A model generated the notes under the pieces. It did no database searches and was not told where the DNA came from. It worked only from the letters and a program-made list of their open reading frames with translations. DNA of 34,441 bases from a virus (taxonomy: Duplodnaviria > Caudoviricetes): positions 1 through 34,441 of IMG/VR virus record IMGVR_UViG_3300049488_000029. One strand, written 5' to 3'. This document shows, piece after piece, positions 19,065 through 28,191 of this stretch. The position numbers and the translations under genes were made by a program. The number at the start of each line of letters is the position of its first letter. Within the stretch, counting starts at the first letter, position 1.

Positions 19065-20723
19065 ATGAAATTTCTTTTACTTTTTTTATTAACAAACATT
19101 GCTTACGGGCAATTTACTAATTCACAAAAACCTTATTTAGATAAAAATAATGGGATTTTAAACGCAGGATTTGAAGAAGGTAAAACTAAGTGGACTATTG
19201 CAAGTGGTACTGCTTCAACGACTAGTTCAACTCCTTTTGGTGACAAGGCTTTAACGATAACAGCAAGCTCGCAAGCTTCAACTTTAACAAGTTCATCACT
19301 TGGGAGTTCTTATGCTGGTTTGAATTGCATGGCATCGGCTTATGTCCAAACAAGTTCAACTTTAGCTCAAGTTTGTCCAGTTATAGATGGGACAGTTTCA
19401 ACTTCACTTTGTGTAAATGTAAACTCAAATAATGCTCTCGCAAACTATCAAATTCCAGTAGTATGTGGAGCAACTTCTACAGCAGTTCAAATTAGATTCT
19501 CAAGTTCAACAACTGGAAGCTTTAATGTTGATAATGCTTTTGTTGGAGTAAGCCCAGTAGGGAATATTTCTTCATGCTCAAGTTCAACAAACTGTGCGAC
19601 AGTTTTTTCAGTAAAGACAACTCAAGCAGGGACAGTATCGCAAGAAAATTTAGATTGGATTAATGGCTCATGTTCTTCTGTGACTACAGGAAGAACTTCA
19701 TGCACAGTAAATTCTAATATTTTTACTGTAGCTCCAAACTGTACTTGTACTGCTTCTATAACAGGTCAAGTTTCAGAATGTCAGCTATACCCAGACCCAA
19801 CGACATCAACGATTATTACGCAGACTTATGACCACACAGGGACTGGCACTAACGTGGACAGGTTCATAACTTGCCAAAAACAAGGTGTAGATTATACCAA
19901 TGCGGTAGCAACTTCGCCTTCGATTAATGCAAGCAATGCTGATTTTGACTATATAGCATATACTCCAAGTTTCACGGGATTTGGGACAGCAACTTCTATT
20001 GATTTTAAATACAAGAGAGTAGGTAGCGATGCCTATATTAATGGGATTTTTACTTGTGGTACTACGACAGGAGTGGAGGCACAAATTACTCTTCCTTCTG
20101 GATTAACTTCTTCAACTGCTAATATTCAAACTTTAGCGATTGCAGGGTCAGCAGGAAGAACTGGGACTATTTCAACAACGACTTTTGGAAACCTAAATAC
20201 ATTAATGGAGCCTACAAAAACTTATTTCACGATGGGGGATTCAGCCTCAACTAGGTCATCAGTAACGAAACAAAATGGGACTACGGTATGTTCAAGTGGT
20301 GACACAGTCAGGTTATATGCTCGCATTCCCATCCAAGGATGGCAAAATTCAAATGTTATAATTGGAAGTTTTGCTAACATATTGATTCACCCAAATGTAT
20401 CAACTCCGAAAGGCGGCTCGGCTCATGTAGCAGGAGCAACTATAGGAACTGTTTGTTCCGGAACTTGCTCTTTGTACAATAATTATGAATCAATGATTTC
20501 GTCCATAACTAGAAACAGCTCAGGGGATTATACTATAAATTTTACGACTGGATTTTTTTCGGTAGCTCCAAGATGTGTAGTCACTGGCGGTTCAGCGGGT
20601 TCAGGTCAAATCACTTATCAAAATATTGGCTTTTTGACCTCTACGGCAACAAAAATAAATACACTATCAGATGCAGGTTCGGCAACCGATGGTTACTTCA
20701 CCATTCAATGTGATGGATACTAG
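19065..20723 (+). CDS. Cys-rich, S/T-rich fibre/adhesin-like protein with an N-terminal signal peptide
   Basis: MKFLLLFLLTNIAYG-Q leader; NAGFEEG..W CBM-like start; 18 Cys; GAGG RBS. Confidence 0.65.
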   Translation: MKFLLLFLLTNIAYGQFTNSQKPYLDKNNGILNAGFEEGKTKWTIASGTASTTSSTPFGDKALTITASSQASTLTSSSLGSSYAGLNCMASAYVQTSSTLAQVCPVIDGTVSTSLCVNVNSNNALANYQIPVVCGATSTAVQIRFSSSTTGSFNVDNAFVGVSPVGNISSCSSSTNCATVFSVKTTQAGTVSQENLDWINGSCSSVTTGRTSCTVNSNIFTVAPNCTCTASITGQVSECQLYPDPTTSTIITQTYDHTGTGTNVDRFITCQKQGVDYTNAVATSPSINASNADFDYIAYTPSFTGFGTATSIDFKYKRVGSDAYINGIFTCGTTTGVEAQITLPSGLTSSTANIQTLAIAGSAGRTGTISTTTFGNLNTLMEPTKTYFTMGDSASTRSSVTKQNGTTVCSSGDTVRLYARIPIQGWQNSNVIIGSFANILIHPNVSTPKGGSAHVAGATIGTVCSGTCSLYNNYESMISSITRNSSGDYTINFTTGFFSVAPRCVVTGGSAGSGQITYQNIGFLTSTATKINTLSDAGSATDGYFTIQCDGY

Positions 20724-20769
20724 TTCGGTAATTAACGAAATTATTCACTAAAAAATTCGGATATTAACG

Positions 20770-23265
20770 ATGAATTTTGAGAACTATAAAAATAAACCAG
20801 TAAGTGAAAAAGTTGTTATTGCATTAATACAATGTAATGAGAACTTAAAAGGATTTAATGTTTACGATGGTTCTATTTATAAAAAAGAATTAGATTTTAA
20901 TCCTATAAAAGTTTATTCAAGTAATTCTGAATTATCCAAAGCATCTTCAATTGCTTCTATTTCATCTAACAAATGGTTTTATGAATCAACTGAGAAAACT
21001 CTATACATTGATTCTGATTTATCAAATGTAAAAATTAAATATGAACTTCCATTTTCAACTGGTGATTTCATTTTACCTTATGATTTAGATAGTGGTTTTG
21101 ACATTCCGTTTGAAGGCAGATTGTCTGGGACTTCTTCATTCGGTCATGATTTAGACAGCGAGCAAATGGGCACAGCTTTACAAGGTCAAGGAAGTTTAAG
21201 CCTATTAAATTCAGATGGGTACTTTGATGAAATTTTTGATCGTATGAATTTTGAAAATCAAATGGTTAAGATTTATTCATGGTCTCCACGAATTCCCATA
21301 AACCAAGCTAAATTAATTTATAAAGGTTTTATAAAAGGTAAGTCTTTTTCTATAAGTTCAGTTTCTTTTGATTTGTATGATTTTATGGCAAAGCTTGAAT
21401 ATGATTTGGCTATACCGAAGTTCGATGGAACGGAAGGTGATTACCCTGATTCTCAAATTGGAACTTACAAAAGAAGAATTTATGGAAGAGTTGCAGGGCT
21501 TAAAGTAGCCCCATTAGACAATATTTTAACTGGCTATACTGGAAGTGGAACAATATCAGGTGAAGCAAATCAGAAAAATTTAATAGGGGTAGGAACTTTT
21601 TTTCTAGCTGAATGCTCACCAGATGATGACATATTAATAGGCGAGAAAACTTATAAAATTGAATCAATAACAGGCAACAATAATTTAATTGTTTCGTCTA
21701 AATTAGAGGAAAACGTTCCAAATTCTGCATTTAAAGTATCGCCAAAAATAAATTATAGATTAAAAAATAGAAAGTGGTTAATAGCTCACCATGATCTAAA
21801 AAAAATTCAATGCCAAATAACTAATGTAATAGCAAATAACAGGGTAGAAGTTAATACTATAGAAGACTTTTATGCGGGTGATTTAGTTATCATCAATGGA
21901 GAGCAATCAACCATTAGAAGATTATCTGGAAATTTAATAGTCCTAGAAGCTAATTTGAATTCAACTCCATCAGTAGGTGATACAGCCTATAAATACCCAA
22001 TACAAGACGTTAAAGAATCACTTAAAAGTTATGTAGTTTTCAGAGATTATGATTTAGTTAATGAATTTTTTGGATCATGTATAGAATTTAATCCTCTAGC
22101 TGAGTTTAATATTACTAGAGAATTCCCATTTATTGGATCAGCAACATTCACAGATACTTCTAGAATAGTCACTGGCACAGACACTTCTTTTGATACAGAT
22201 TTTTCTTCCAGAGATTGGATTAAACCAAGTTCGACAAGTATGTGGTATGAAATTTTATCAATTGATTCACCTACTCAAATTACATTAAGGATTCCTTTTT
22301 CTGACACAACAACAACTGAAACAGGCGTTAAGAAAAATGTTAAATATTTCCAAGATGATTCAATTATTTTACTAGATTGCTATGGTAAAACAGAAGATGG
22401 AACAGAAGACGGAGTGTGGATAAAAACAGCCCCTCAAGTGATTAAAGATGCTTTAAAAGATGTGAGCCTAGACTCTGAAATTAATATAGATTCATTTTCA
22501 AAAAACACCGCTCTAATCTCTTTAAAAGTTCCATTAAAAGAATCAGTAATGTCGTGCAAAGATTTAATTGATTCAGTCAATAAGTCAGTTCTAGGCTCAC
22601 TCTTTAACAATGACTCGTTTGAAATTGAGTTTTCTTTAATCGAAGCAAATAAACCACAAAATATGTTAAAACTCAAAGATGATGATATTATTAGCTGGGA
22701 AGTTGCTAACGATAATTCAAATCTAGTAAGCGAATTTATCTGCGCTTATAAACATATAGACATTGATGTAACATCAATGAAAGAAAGCTCTTATTATAAG
22801 TCGCACGTTAATTCTTTCACTGAAAACTACCTAGAAGTTAACCGCTCTAGAGTTGAAAATGTTTATCTGTATAATGAAGATGATGCTGGTGCTATATGTC
22901 AAAGGTATGCATTAATTAATTCACAGGGAAAAACACAAATTAGCATAAGTAGTAAATTGAATTTAATTAATACCCAGTTAAATGATAAAATAACAGTCAA
23001 TTTCAATCGCCTATTCAAAGGCAAGACAACGCAACTTAATTACAAAACAGCTATAGTTAATTCTGTTAAAAAAAGTGGGACTTCAGTAAATGTTAATTTA
23101 GATGATCTTGGCAACATTTGGGGTAAGGCTTTTAACCTATCAGAAAATGATGTCAACTATTCTTCAGCTACAGATGAAGAGAAAGTTTTGAATGGTTTTC
23201 TAACTGATTCAGATGGACTTGTTTTAGGCTTGGACTTCACGGATAAAGCGAATATAATTACTTAA
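20770..23265 (+). CDS. Tail hub/central tail-tip protein
   Basis: 831 aa; RIYGRV motif; two GT.TSF-type inserted repeats. Confidence 0.6.
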   Translation: MNFENYKNKPVSEKVVIALIQCNENLKGFNVYDGSIYKKELDFNPIKVYSSNSELSKASSIASISSNKWFYESTEKTLYIDSDLSNVKIKYELPFSTGDFILPYDLDSGFDIPFEGRLSGTSSFGHDLDSEQMGTALQGQGSLSLLNSDGYFDEIFDRMNFENQMVKIYSWSPRIPINQAKLIYKGFIKGKSFSISSVSFDLYDFMAKLEYDLAIPKFDGTEGDYPDSQIGTYKRRIYGRVAGLKVAPLDNILTGYTGSGTISGEANQKNLIGVGTFFLAECSPDDDILIGEKTYKIESITGNNNLIVSSKLEENVPNSAFKVSPKINYRLKNRKWLIAHHDLKKIQCQITNVIANNRVEVNTIEDFYAGDLVIINGEQSTIRRLSGNLIVLEANLNSTPSVGDTAYKYPIQDVKESLKSYVVFRDYDLVNEFFGSCIEFNPLAEFNITREFPFIGSATFTDTSRIVTGTDTSFDTDFSSRDWIKPSSTSMWYEILSIDSPTQITLRIPFSDTTTTETGVKKNVKYFQDDSIILLDCYGKTEDGTEDGVWIKTAPQVIKDALKDVSLDSEINIDSFSKNTALISLKVPLKESVMSCKDLIDSVNKSVLGSLFNNDSFEIEFSLIEANKPQNMLKLKDDDIISWEVANDNSNLVSEFICAYKHIDIDVTSMKESSYYKSHVNSFTENYLEVNRSRVENVYLYNEDDAGAICQRYALINSQGKTQISISSKLNLINTQLNDKITVNFNRLFKGKTTQLNYKTAIVNSVKKSGTSVNVNLDDLGNIWGKAFNLSENDVNYSSATDEEKVLNGFLTDSDGLVLGLDFTDKANIIT

Positions 23266-23267
23266 GT

Positions 23268-23771
23268 ATGGCATATATATCACAAACCACAAAAGCTATT
23301 GGTGACTCAATAAAATATGAAGATTGGAATACAAATATTTCAAATGCTTCTGATCATGAATCAAGAATAGCTAATATTGAAACTATAACCCAGAAAGTTG
23401 TAGTTTTTGATTTTCCTATTTATTCAGCAGGGGCAGCCTCAACTATTACAGGATTAACAATCTGGAAATCACCTCTTAATTTTACATTAACTAGCTGTAA
23501 AATAATGGTTTATGATGTTTCTGGCGCTTCGGGAGTGCTAGAATTAGATATTAAAAAGCTAACTGTGCCACCAAGCCATAGTTATACTAGCGTCTTCACA
23601 ACTAAACCTAGCGTTAATTTTCCAGTATCTTCAAATTATACAGAATCAACGAATGCAATATTTGATAATGGGCTTAAAGATATAGTTGAAGGGGATATTT
23701 TAAAAGTTGATTTAACATCAATTCCATCAACTCTAGTCAAATGCCATATATTTTTGGTGGGTGAAATATGA
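23268..23771 (+). CDS. Tail fibre-associated protein
   Basis: DHESRI coiled-coil motif and beta domain (VFTTKP...GDILKVD). Confidence 0.5.
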   Translation: MAYISQTTKAIGDSIKYEDWNTNISNASDHESRIANIETITQKVVVFDFPIYSAGAASTITGLTIWKSPLNFTLTSCKIMVYDVSGASGVLELDIKKLTVPPSHSYTSVFTTKPSVNFPVSSNYTESTNAIFDNGLKDIVEGDILKVDLTSIPSTLVKCHIFLVGEI

Positions 23772-24286
23772 CAGCTCCTTTGATAGTACCTTTTGATAAT
23801 AACCCAGTAGCTAGATATACAAAGACTAGTTCTTATACAATCCCGAGTGGTCATTATGCTAAAGTAACTCCCATCACTCCGTATTTAATTATAGATGGCG
23901 TTCAGCAATACCATTCTTTTGGAATGACAGCGTCTAAGTCGGGTTCTGGAACAGCCACACAAATAGCATCATGTTTCGGGACTGTTTATATAACAGCATC
24001 TGGTAATATATCTTTTACTACAGGATCATTTTCTTATGGTGTAGCGGATGGGAATGGCGGGGCTAGTGTTTCAGTAGCATCTAGAACTTCGTCTGGAACA
24101 ATGACATCAAATTCAATAACAGCTTCACAAATATACGTTTCTGCTACTTCAGCAGGTGGCGGTGGTGATAATATCACTATTTCTGCCACAGTTTACTGCG
24201 GTTTTTTGACTGATTTTTGGGTTAAATCTGGGACAGTTTTAGATGGTGGTAAATATAAAGTAGAAGAATATATTGAACTTACATAG
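23768..24286 (+). CDS. Tail-tip/receptor-binding-like protein
   Basis: SYTIPSGHYAKV...FWVKSGT frame around a G/S/T-rich insert. Confidence 0.5.
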   Translation: MTAPLIVPFDNNPVARYTKTSSYTIPSGHYAKVTPITPYLIIDGVQQYHSFGMTASKSGSGTATQIASCFGTVYITASGNISFTTGSFSYGVADGNGGASVSVASRTSSGTMTSNSITASQIYVSATSAGGGGDNITISATVYCGFLTDFWVKSGTVLDGGKYKVEEYIELT

Positions 24287-24294
24287 GGGATAAA

Positions 24295-24441
24295 ATGATT
24301 ATTGCTATTTTTTTCGGATTCTTCGTTGCTAAAATGTCTTCCGTAACAATTTCAGACATTCAATGTAAAAACATAGAATACAAAGGTGAAGCTTGCAAAG
24401 AAGCTAAATTTGTAAATGATGTAAGTCAAAACTTCAAATGA
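24295..24441 (+). CDS. 48-aa membrane-anchored protein (possible antiholin; not in the ORF track)
   Basis: MIIAIFFGFFVAKMSS...C...C; GGGG RBS; ATGA overlap with the next gene. Confidence 0.6.
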   Translation: MIIAIFFGFFVAKMSSVTISDIQCKNIEYKGEACKEAKFVNDVSQNFK

Positions 24442-24665
24442 AAAATATAAAGGATAAGATTAAAGATAACTTAATTGAAATATTTTTAACTTTATTCTTT
24501 GGCGGTTTTTTCCACATTTTTTATATATGCTGGATTTCTTTTCCTGTAGTTCAAGCAGACGTTATTAATCTAAAAGAAAATGATGAAACTATTAAAACAG
24601 TTTTATGTGAAATGGCCATTAACCAGTATAGAGACAACCAAAAAATCTTAAGAGCGTGTAAATGA
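24438..24665 (+). CDS. Putative holin (single TM, C-terminal soluble domain)
   Basis: Hydrophobic LIEIFLTLFFGGFFHIFYICWISF; directly before the endolysin. Confidence 0.5.
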   Translation: MKNIKDKIKDNLIEIFLTLFFGGFFHIFYICWISFPVVQADVINLKENDETIKTVLCEMAINQYRDNQKILRACK

Positions 24666-25132
24666 TTAATAAGCAGGGGTTAGAATTAATCGAATTATTT
24701 GAAGGGTTTTCTCCTAACCCATATCTATGTCAAAGGGGAGTGCCTACAATTGGCATAGGCAGCACAACTTACAAAGATGGCTCCCCTGTTACTCTTAAGG
24801 ATAGCGCCATAAATAAAATACTGGCTTATGATCTACTTAATTTTCATGTTGAAATAATATCAAATAAAATTGGAAAGTTTTTAGATTCAATACACTTAAA
24901 ATTAAATGAAAATCAGTTTTCAGCCTTAGTATGCTTCTCTTACAATTTAGGAATAGGACCAATAATAAAAGAAGGAAGAAGTGTAAACGAAGCTCTTAAA
25001 AAAAGAGACCATAAGCTTATCGCAGGCAGTCTTTTGCTTTATGTAAAATACACTGACAATAATGGAAACAAACAAATCTCTAATGGTCTTCAAAGAAGAA
25101 GGAAAGCAGAAAGAGATTTATATTTATCTTAG
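24662..25132 (+). CDS. Endolysin, GH24 lysozyme
   Basis: FEG...YLC...PTIGIG (E-X8-C-X5-T), NQFSALVCFSYNLG, GLQRRRKAERDLY. Confidence 0.95.
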   Translation: MINKQGLELIELFEGFSPNPYLCQRGVPTIGIGSTTYKDGSPVTLKDSAINKILAYDLLNFHVEIISNKIGKFLDSIHLKLNENQFSALVCFSYNLGIGPIIKEGRSVNEALKKRDHKLIAGSLLLYVKYTDNNGNKQISNGLQRRRKAERDLYLS

Positions 25133-25140
25133 GAGATATT

Positions 25141-25353
25141 ATGTCTTATGAAATTGATTCACTAGTAGAAAAGTTAAAAGGAAAAGGGATGCCAGTAGCA
25201 GAAGAAGCGGCAAAACAAGTTGCTGAAGCTGTTTTTGAATGGCTTGAAGAGTCAATTATTGCTTCAGAAAATAAGTACGATGATGTAGCTATTGCATTTA
25301 TTCCAATGATCAAAGAACACGCATTAAAAGAAATTGAAAAAATTAATCCTTAA
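25141..25353 (+). CDS. Hypothetical lysis-cassette protein
   Basis: AGGAG RBS; amphipathic 70 aa. Confidence 0.65.
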   Translation: MSYEIDSLVEKLKGKGMPVAEEAAKQVAEAVFEWLEESIIASENKYDDVAIAFIPMIKEHALKEIEKINP

Positions 25354-25362
25354 GAGGTTTTT

Positions 25363-25548
25363 ATGGCGAGCATCCTTAAATATTTGATAGCTGAAATAGT
25401 TATTCCTTTACTTAAGGATGCCGTTTTCATGCTTGTTAATTCTTATAAAATTAGACAATTAAGAAAAGAAAAAGAGGCTGCTACAATTAAAGCAGTAAAA
25501 GAATATGAAGAAAAGCCTAGCTCTAATACTTTTAATAATCTTCCTTAA
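25363..25548 (+). CDS. Putative i-spanin-like membrane protein
   Basis: Hydrophobic N-terminus and charged helix; overlaps a lipoprotein gene. Confidence 0.4.
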   Translation: MASILKYLIAEIVIPLLKDAVFMLVNSYKIRQLRKEKEAATIKAVKEYEEKPSSNTFNNLP

Positions 25549-25837
25549 TAGCTGCACAACGCAGCCCTTAATAACTACTCAATGCTCAATTGATTTATCT
25601 TACATAGATAAAGATACGATCGATGCTAATAAGTCATCTTGCTGGTGTAGAAAATACGAATTTTCAAAAGACCATTTAGGGGCTATTGGTAATTCGTGGA
25701 AAGAGCCTGATTTAAAAACTTGTCATTTAATGATAGGTTTTACTCTTAAAGAATATCCTCATGTGGTAGAATTTTGGAATGATGTTAGACTTGAAATTAT
25801 CTCCCAAAAAGAAAAAAATAACAGATACAATCGCTAA
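25505..25837 (+). CDS. Lipoprotein, putative o-spanin
   Basis: MKKSLALILLIIFLNS-C lipobox. Confidence 0.65.
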   Translation: MKKSLALILLIIFLNSCTTQPLITTQCSIDLSYIDKDTIDANKSSCWCRKYEFSKDHLGAIGNSWKEPDLKTCHLMIGFTLKEYPHVVEFWNDVRLEIISQKEKNNRYNR

Positions 25838-25943
25838 ACTTGAAGAAGACCTGAGTGTTGCTTTAGTGGAAGAGAATCACGTTAAAGTTAAAGCTATTTT
25901 AAAAACTATTGCAGCTTTAAAGAAGATAAAGAATGAGAAGTAA
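25779..25943 (+). CDS. Possible 54-aa UVR-like helical hairpin protein (not in the ORF track)
   Basis: IAKLEEDLSVALVEENHVKVKAILKTIAALK; overlaps both neighbours. Confidence 0.4.
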   Translation: MMLDLKLSPKKKKITDTIAKLEEDLSVALVEENHVKVKAILKTIAALKKIKNEK

Positions 25944-26337
25944 TATGGAAAACCATACAATCATTATCGCTTGGAATTTTATCGCAAACTATGGAACAAA
26001 TCTGTTTATCATCTATCTTGTCATTAAACTTTTTAAGAAACTTAAAAATCAAGTCGATACTGATTTTTAAACAGTTATCCAAATCGCCTGATCGAGCGGA
26101 TATTCTTTTGTCTTTTGTATAGAATTCTTTCATGTAAAAGTATGCTTCTAATTTAAAATATTTTTCATTCGAATAACTTAAGGCAACCTTCTTTATTTCT
26201 TCACTTTGATTAGTTAAATAATTACTAAATTCTGATTCATAATTATAAGTAGATTTCTTTTTATGAAATCTTTTAGACTTAAAAGAGAATGTTTTTGCAT
26301 TATTTAAACTTAAAGCTTTCATTGGTATTTTGATCAT
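25906..26337 (-). CDS. rusA: RusA-like Holliday junction resolvase
   Basis: SLNN, GDLDNCLK...D and IDDKQI motifs. Confidence 0.8.
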   Translation of the reverse strand: MIKIPMKALSLNNAKTFSFKSKRFHKKKSTYNYESEFSNYLTNQSEEIKKVALSYSNEKYFKLEAYFYMKEFYTKDKRISARSGDLDNCLKISIDLIFKFLKKFNDKIDDKQICSIVCDKIPSDNDCMVFHITSHSLSSLKLQ

Positions 26338-26382
26338 GTATTAATACTAGGTAAATTTTGCCTATATGTGTATCATAAATAC
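26338..26382. promoter_or_regulatory. Divergent promoter pair with a central palindrome
   Basis: -10-like TAGTAT (minus, 26349-26344) and TATCAT (plus, 26371-26376), each 7 nt from an ATG; TAGGTAA/TTGCCTA dyad 26348-26364. Confidence 0.5.
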
Positions 26383-27339
26383 ATGAGTGATAAGGAAAAA
26401 CTCCACGAATTAGTGAAGTATCTAAAAGACTTAGCCTTAGAGCTTGGTAGAACTCCTACCTCATACGAGTTTATAGACAAATATGGGAACTCAAATGCTC
26501 TAAGAAGAATAAAGTTTTCTAAGTTAATTGATGCAGCTGGGCTAAAACACCACAAGTTTTCTCATTTTAAATCATCTAAAAAACCGAAAATTCTTTTATT
26601 AGATATAGAAACTGCTCCATCATTGGGCTTTATATGGGGCTTATTTGATCAAAACGTTGGGTTAAATCAACTTAAAGAAGAATGGCATCTATTATCATTC
26701 GCTTGTAAGTGGTTAGGTGAAAAAGAAGTTTTTTATATCGATGGAAGAAATGAAGAAGAACTGTCTAATGATTTAAAAATATGTAAATTTGCCCATAAGT
26801 TTCTAGATGAGGCAGATATTGTAATAGGTCATAACTCTAAAAGGTTTGACGTTAAAAAATTAAATGCAAGATTTATTATAAATAAATTAAAACCACCTAG
26901 CCCATATAGGCAAATAGACACGCTAAACATAGCTAAATCAAAATTCTCTTTCACTTCAAATAAACTTGAATACCTTGCCAGCAAATTAACTAAAAAGAAA
27001 AAAATGACTAAAAGAAAATTTGAAGGGTTTTCTCTTTGGATGGAATTTTTAAAAAGAAACAAACTAGCTTACAAGGAAATGGAGCTTTATAATAAGCAAG
27101 ATGTGATAGTTCTGGAAGAAGTTTATAATAAACTAATCGCTTGGGATAAATCTATTAATTTTTCAGCTTTTCAAGATGGAGTTAATATCTGCCAATGTGG
27201 GTCAGATGATTTTAAGGAAAATGGATACAATGTAACCAACCAAGGAAAGTTCATAAGATATAAATGTAGTAATTGCGGAGCTAATTTTCAAAATAAAAAG
27301 AACATGATAAGTATGAAAGAATCATTAAGACCTGTCTAA
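26383..27339 (+). CDS. RNase H-like (DEDD/YprB-type) exonuclease with an N-terminal helical DNA-binding repeat and a C-terminal Zn ribbon
   Basis: LLDIET, GHNSKRFD, IDTL, YNKQDV; ELGRTPT; CQCG...CSNCG. Confidence 0.85.
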   Translation: MSDKEKLHELVKYLKDLALELGRTPTSYEFIDKYGNSNALRRIKFSKLIDAAGLKHHKFSHFKSSKKPKILLLDIETAPSLGFIWGLFDQNVGLNQLKEEWHLLSFACKWLGEKEVFYIDGRNEEELSNDLKICKFAHKFLDEADIVIGHNSKRFDVKKLNARFIINKLKPPSPYRQIDTLNIAKSKFSFTSNKLEYLASKLTKKKKMTKRKFEGFSLWMEFLKRNKLAYKEMELYNKQDVIVLEEVYNKLIAWDKSINFSAFQDGVNICQCGSDDFKENGYNVTNQGKFIRYKCSNCGANFQNKKNMISMKESLRPV

Positions 27340-27376
27340 TTTGCTATTTAATGCCATTTAGAATTAAACTAATATA

Positions 27377-27446
27377 GTCAATCATGGATGATTGATAGCG
27401 TTGATACCACTTGTTGGCTGCGCCCTTAAAAAAGGCGCAGTTTTTT
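27377..27446 (+). ncRNA. Candidate small RNA (about 70 nt) with a CsrA/RsmA-type GGA hairpin
   Basis: TTGCTA-18-TAAACT upstream; TCAATCAT-GG-ATGATTGA hairpin; ends at a terminator. Confidence 0.4.
27417..27446 (+). terminator. Intrinsic terminator
   Basis: CTGCGCC/GGCGCAG stem followed by T6, between convergent units. Confidence 0.9.
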
Positions 27447-27485
27447 ATATAAAATTACATGAATTTTCAATTTTTTTATATAATT

Positions 27486-27608
27486 TTATACATCTTCAAA
27501 ACCTCTGTCATATCCGCATTCTATTCCATGAATAAATTCAGAGTCAGAATGTCGATTAGTTCTTATCGTTAAATAATGCTCACGCAGACTGTTCATTGTA
27601 TGTTTCAT
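27486..27608 (-). CDS. 40-aa hypothetical protein (not in the ORF track)
   Basis: MKHTMNSLREHY...GYDRGFEDV; ATGA overlap with the upstream gene. Confidence 0.55.
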   Translation of the reverse strand: MKHTMNSLREHYLTIRTNRHSDSEFIHGIECGYDRGFEDV

Positions 27609-27973
27609 GTAAACATTCCCCTATAGGGTAAATTATTTCTAACGAAGAAATCATTGACTGTTTCGTATCCATCCTTCCCAGTAAATCCAAGAAATGTTTC
27701 CTCAATGTCTTTTCTTAATCTAATAATTTCATTTCTTGAATTATCTATGGGTAGGATAGTGAGCTGTAATTGCTTCTTAATATCAGCTAATGTTTCATAT
27801 GTAATTAGAACATAGTCCTGATATGTATCCCCGATAAATTGCATCTTATACGTTAAATCATCATTTCTTTGGAAGCATTTTATTTGTTCTGAATTAATTA
27901 AAAAGTGACCCCATATTGAGTATGGTTCATTCCCATTCTTTTTAAATACTGTATTAAATTCTATTAATCTCAT
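27605..27973 (-). CDS. Hypothetical protein
   Basis: GGAG RBS; ATGA coupling. Confidence 0.75.
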   Translation of the reverse strand: MRLIEFNTVFKKNGNEPYSIWGHFLINSEQIKCFQRNDDLTYKMQFIGDTYQDYVLITYETLADIKKQLQLTILPIDNSRNEIIRLRKDIEETFLGFTGKDGYETVNDFFVRNNLPYRGMFT

Positions 27974-28191
27974 TTTATCTCCATTGCCTTATTTAATTTG
28001 TATTCTTTATAAGATTCACTGTATCCACTCCAATTATCTACTCCATGTTCAATTAACGAATCGAGGAAATTAACCCTGTCTTGGAGGTACAGATTTTCTT
28101 CTTCTAATTCGTCACAATGTTTTTCTAATTTACAAATCAAACATTCACCATCGAGGTTTAGCCTATATTCTGGACATGTGTGTATAATCAT
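27970..28191 (-). CDS. Small phage protein (GVDNWSGY motif, N-terminal Cys/His cluster)
   Basis: FLDSLIEHGVDNWSGY; AGGAG RBS. Confidence 0.75.
   Translation of the reverse strand: MIIHTCPEYRLNLDGECLICKLEKHCDELEEENLYLQDRVNFLDSLIEHGVDNWSGYSESYKEYKLNKAMEIK

Noticed and set aside
16729-24286. Diversity-generating retroelement or invertible fibre cassette
   Set aside because: No reverse transcriptase, invertase or near-identical TR/VR repeat seen
24701-24748. Inactive endolysin because Cys replaces the catalytic Asp
   Set aside because: E-X8-C-X5-T is a known active variant (P1 Lyz)
2114-27062. Short antisense or out-of-frame ORFs nested in long genes (e.g. 3636-4034, 8981-9349, 14254-14505, 22434-22676)
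   Set aside because: Shadows of well-supported genes, with no RBS or motifs
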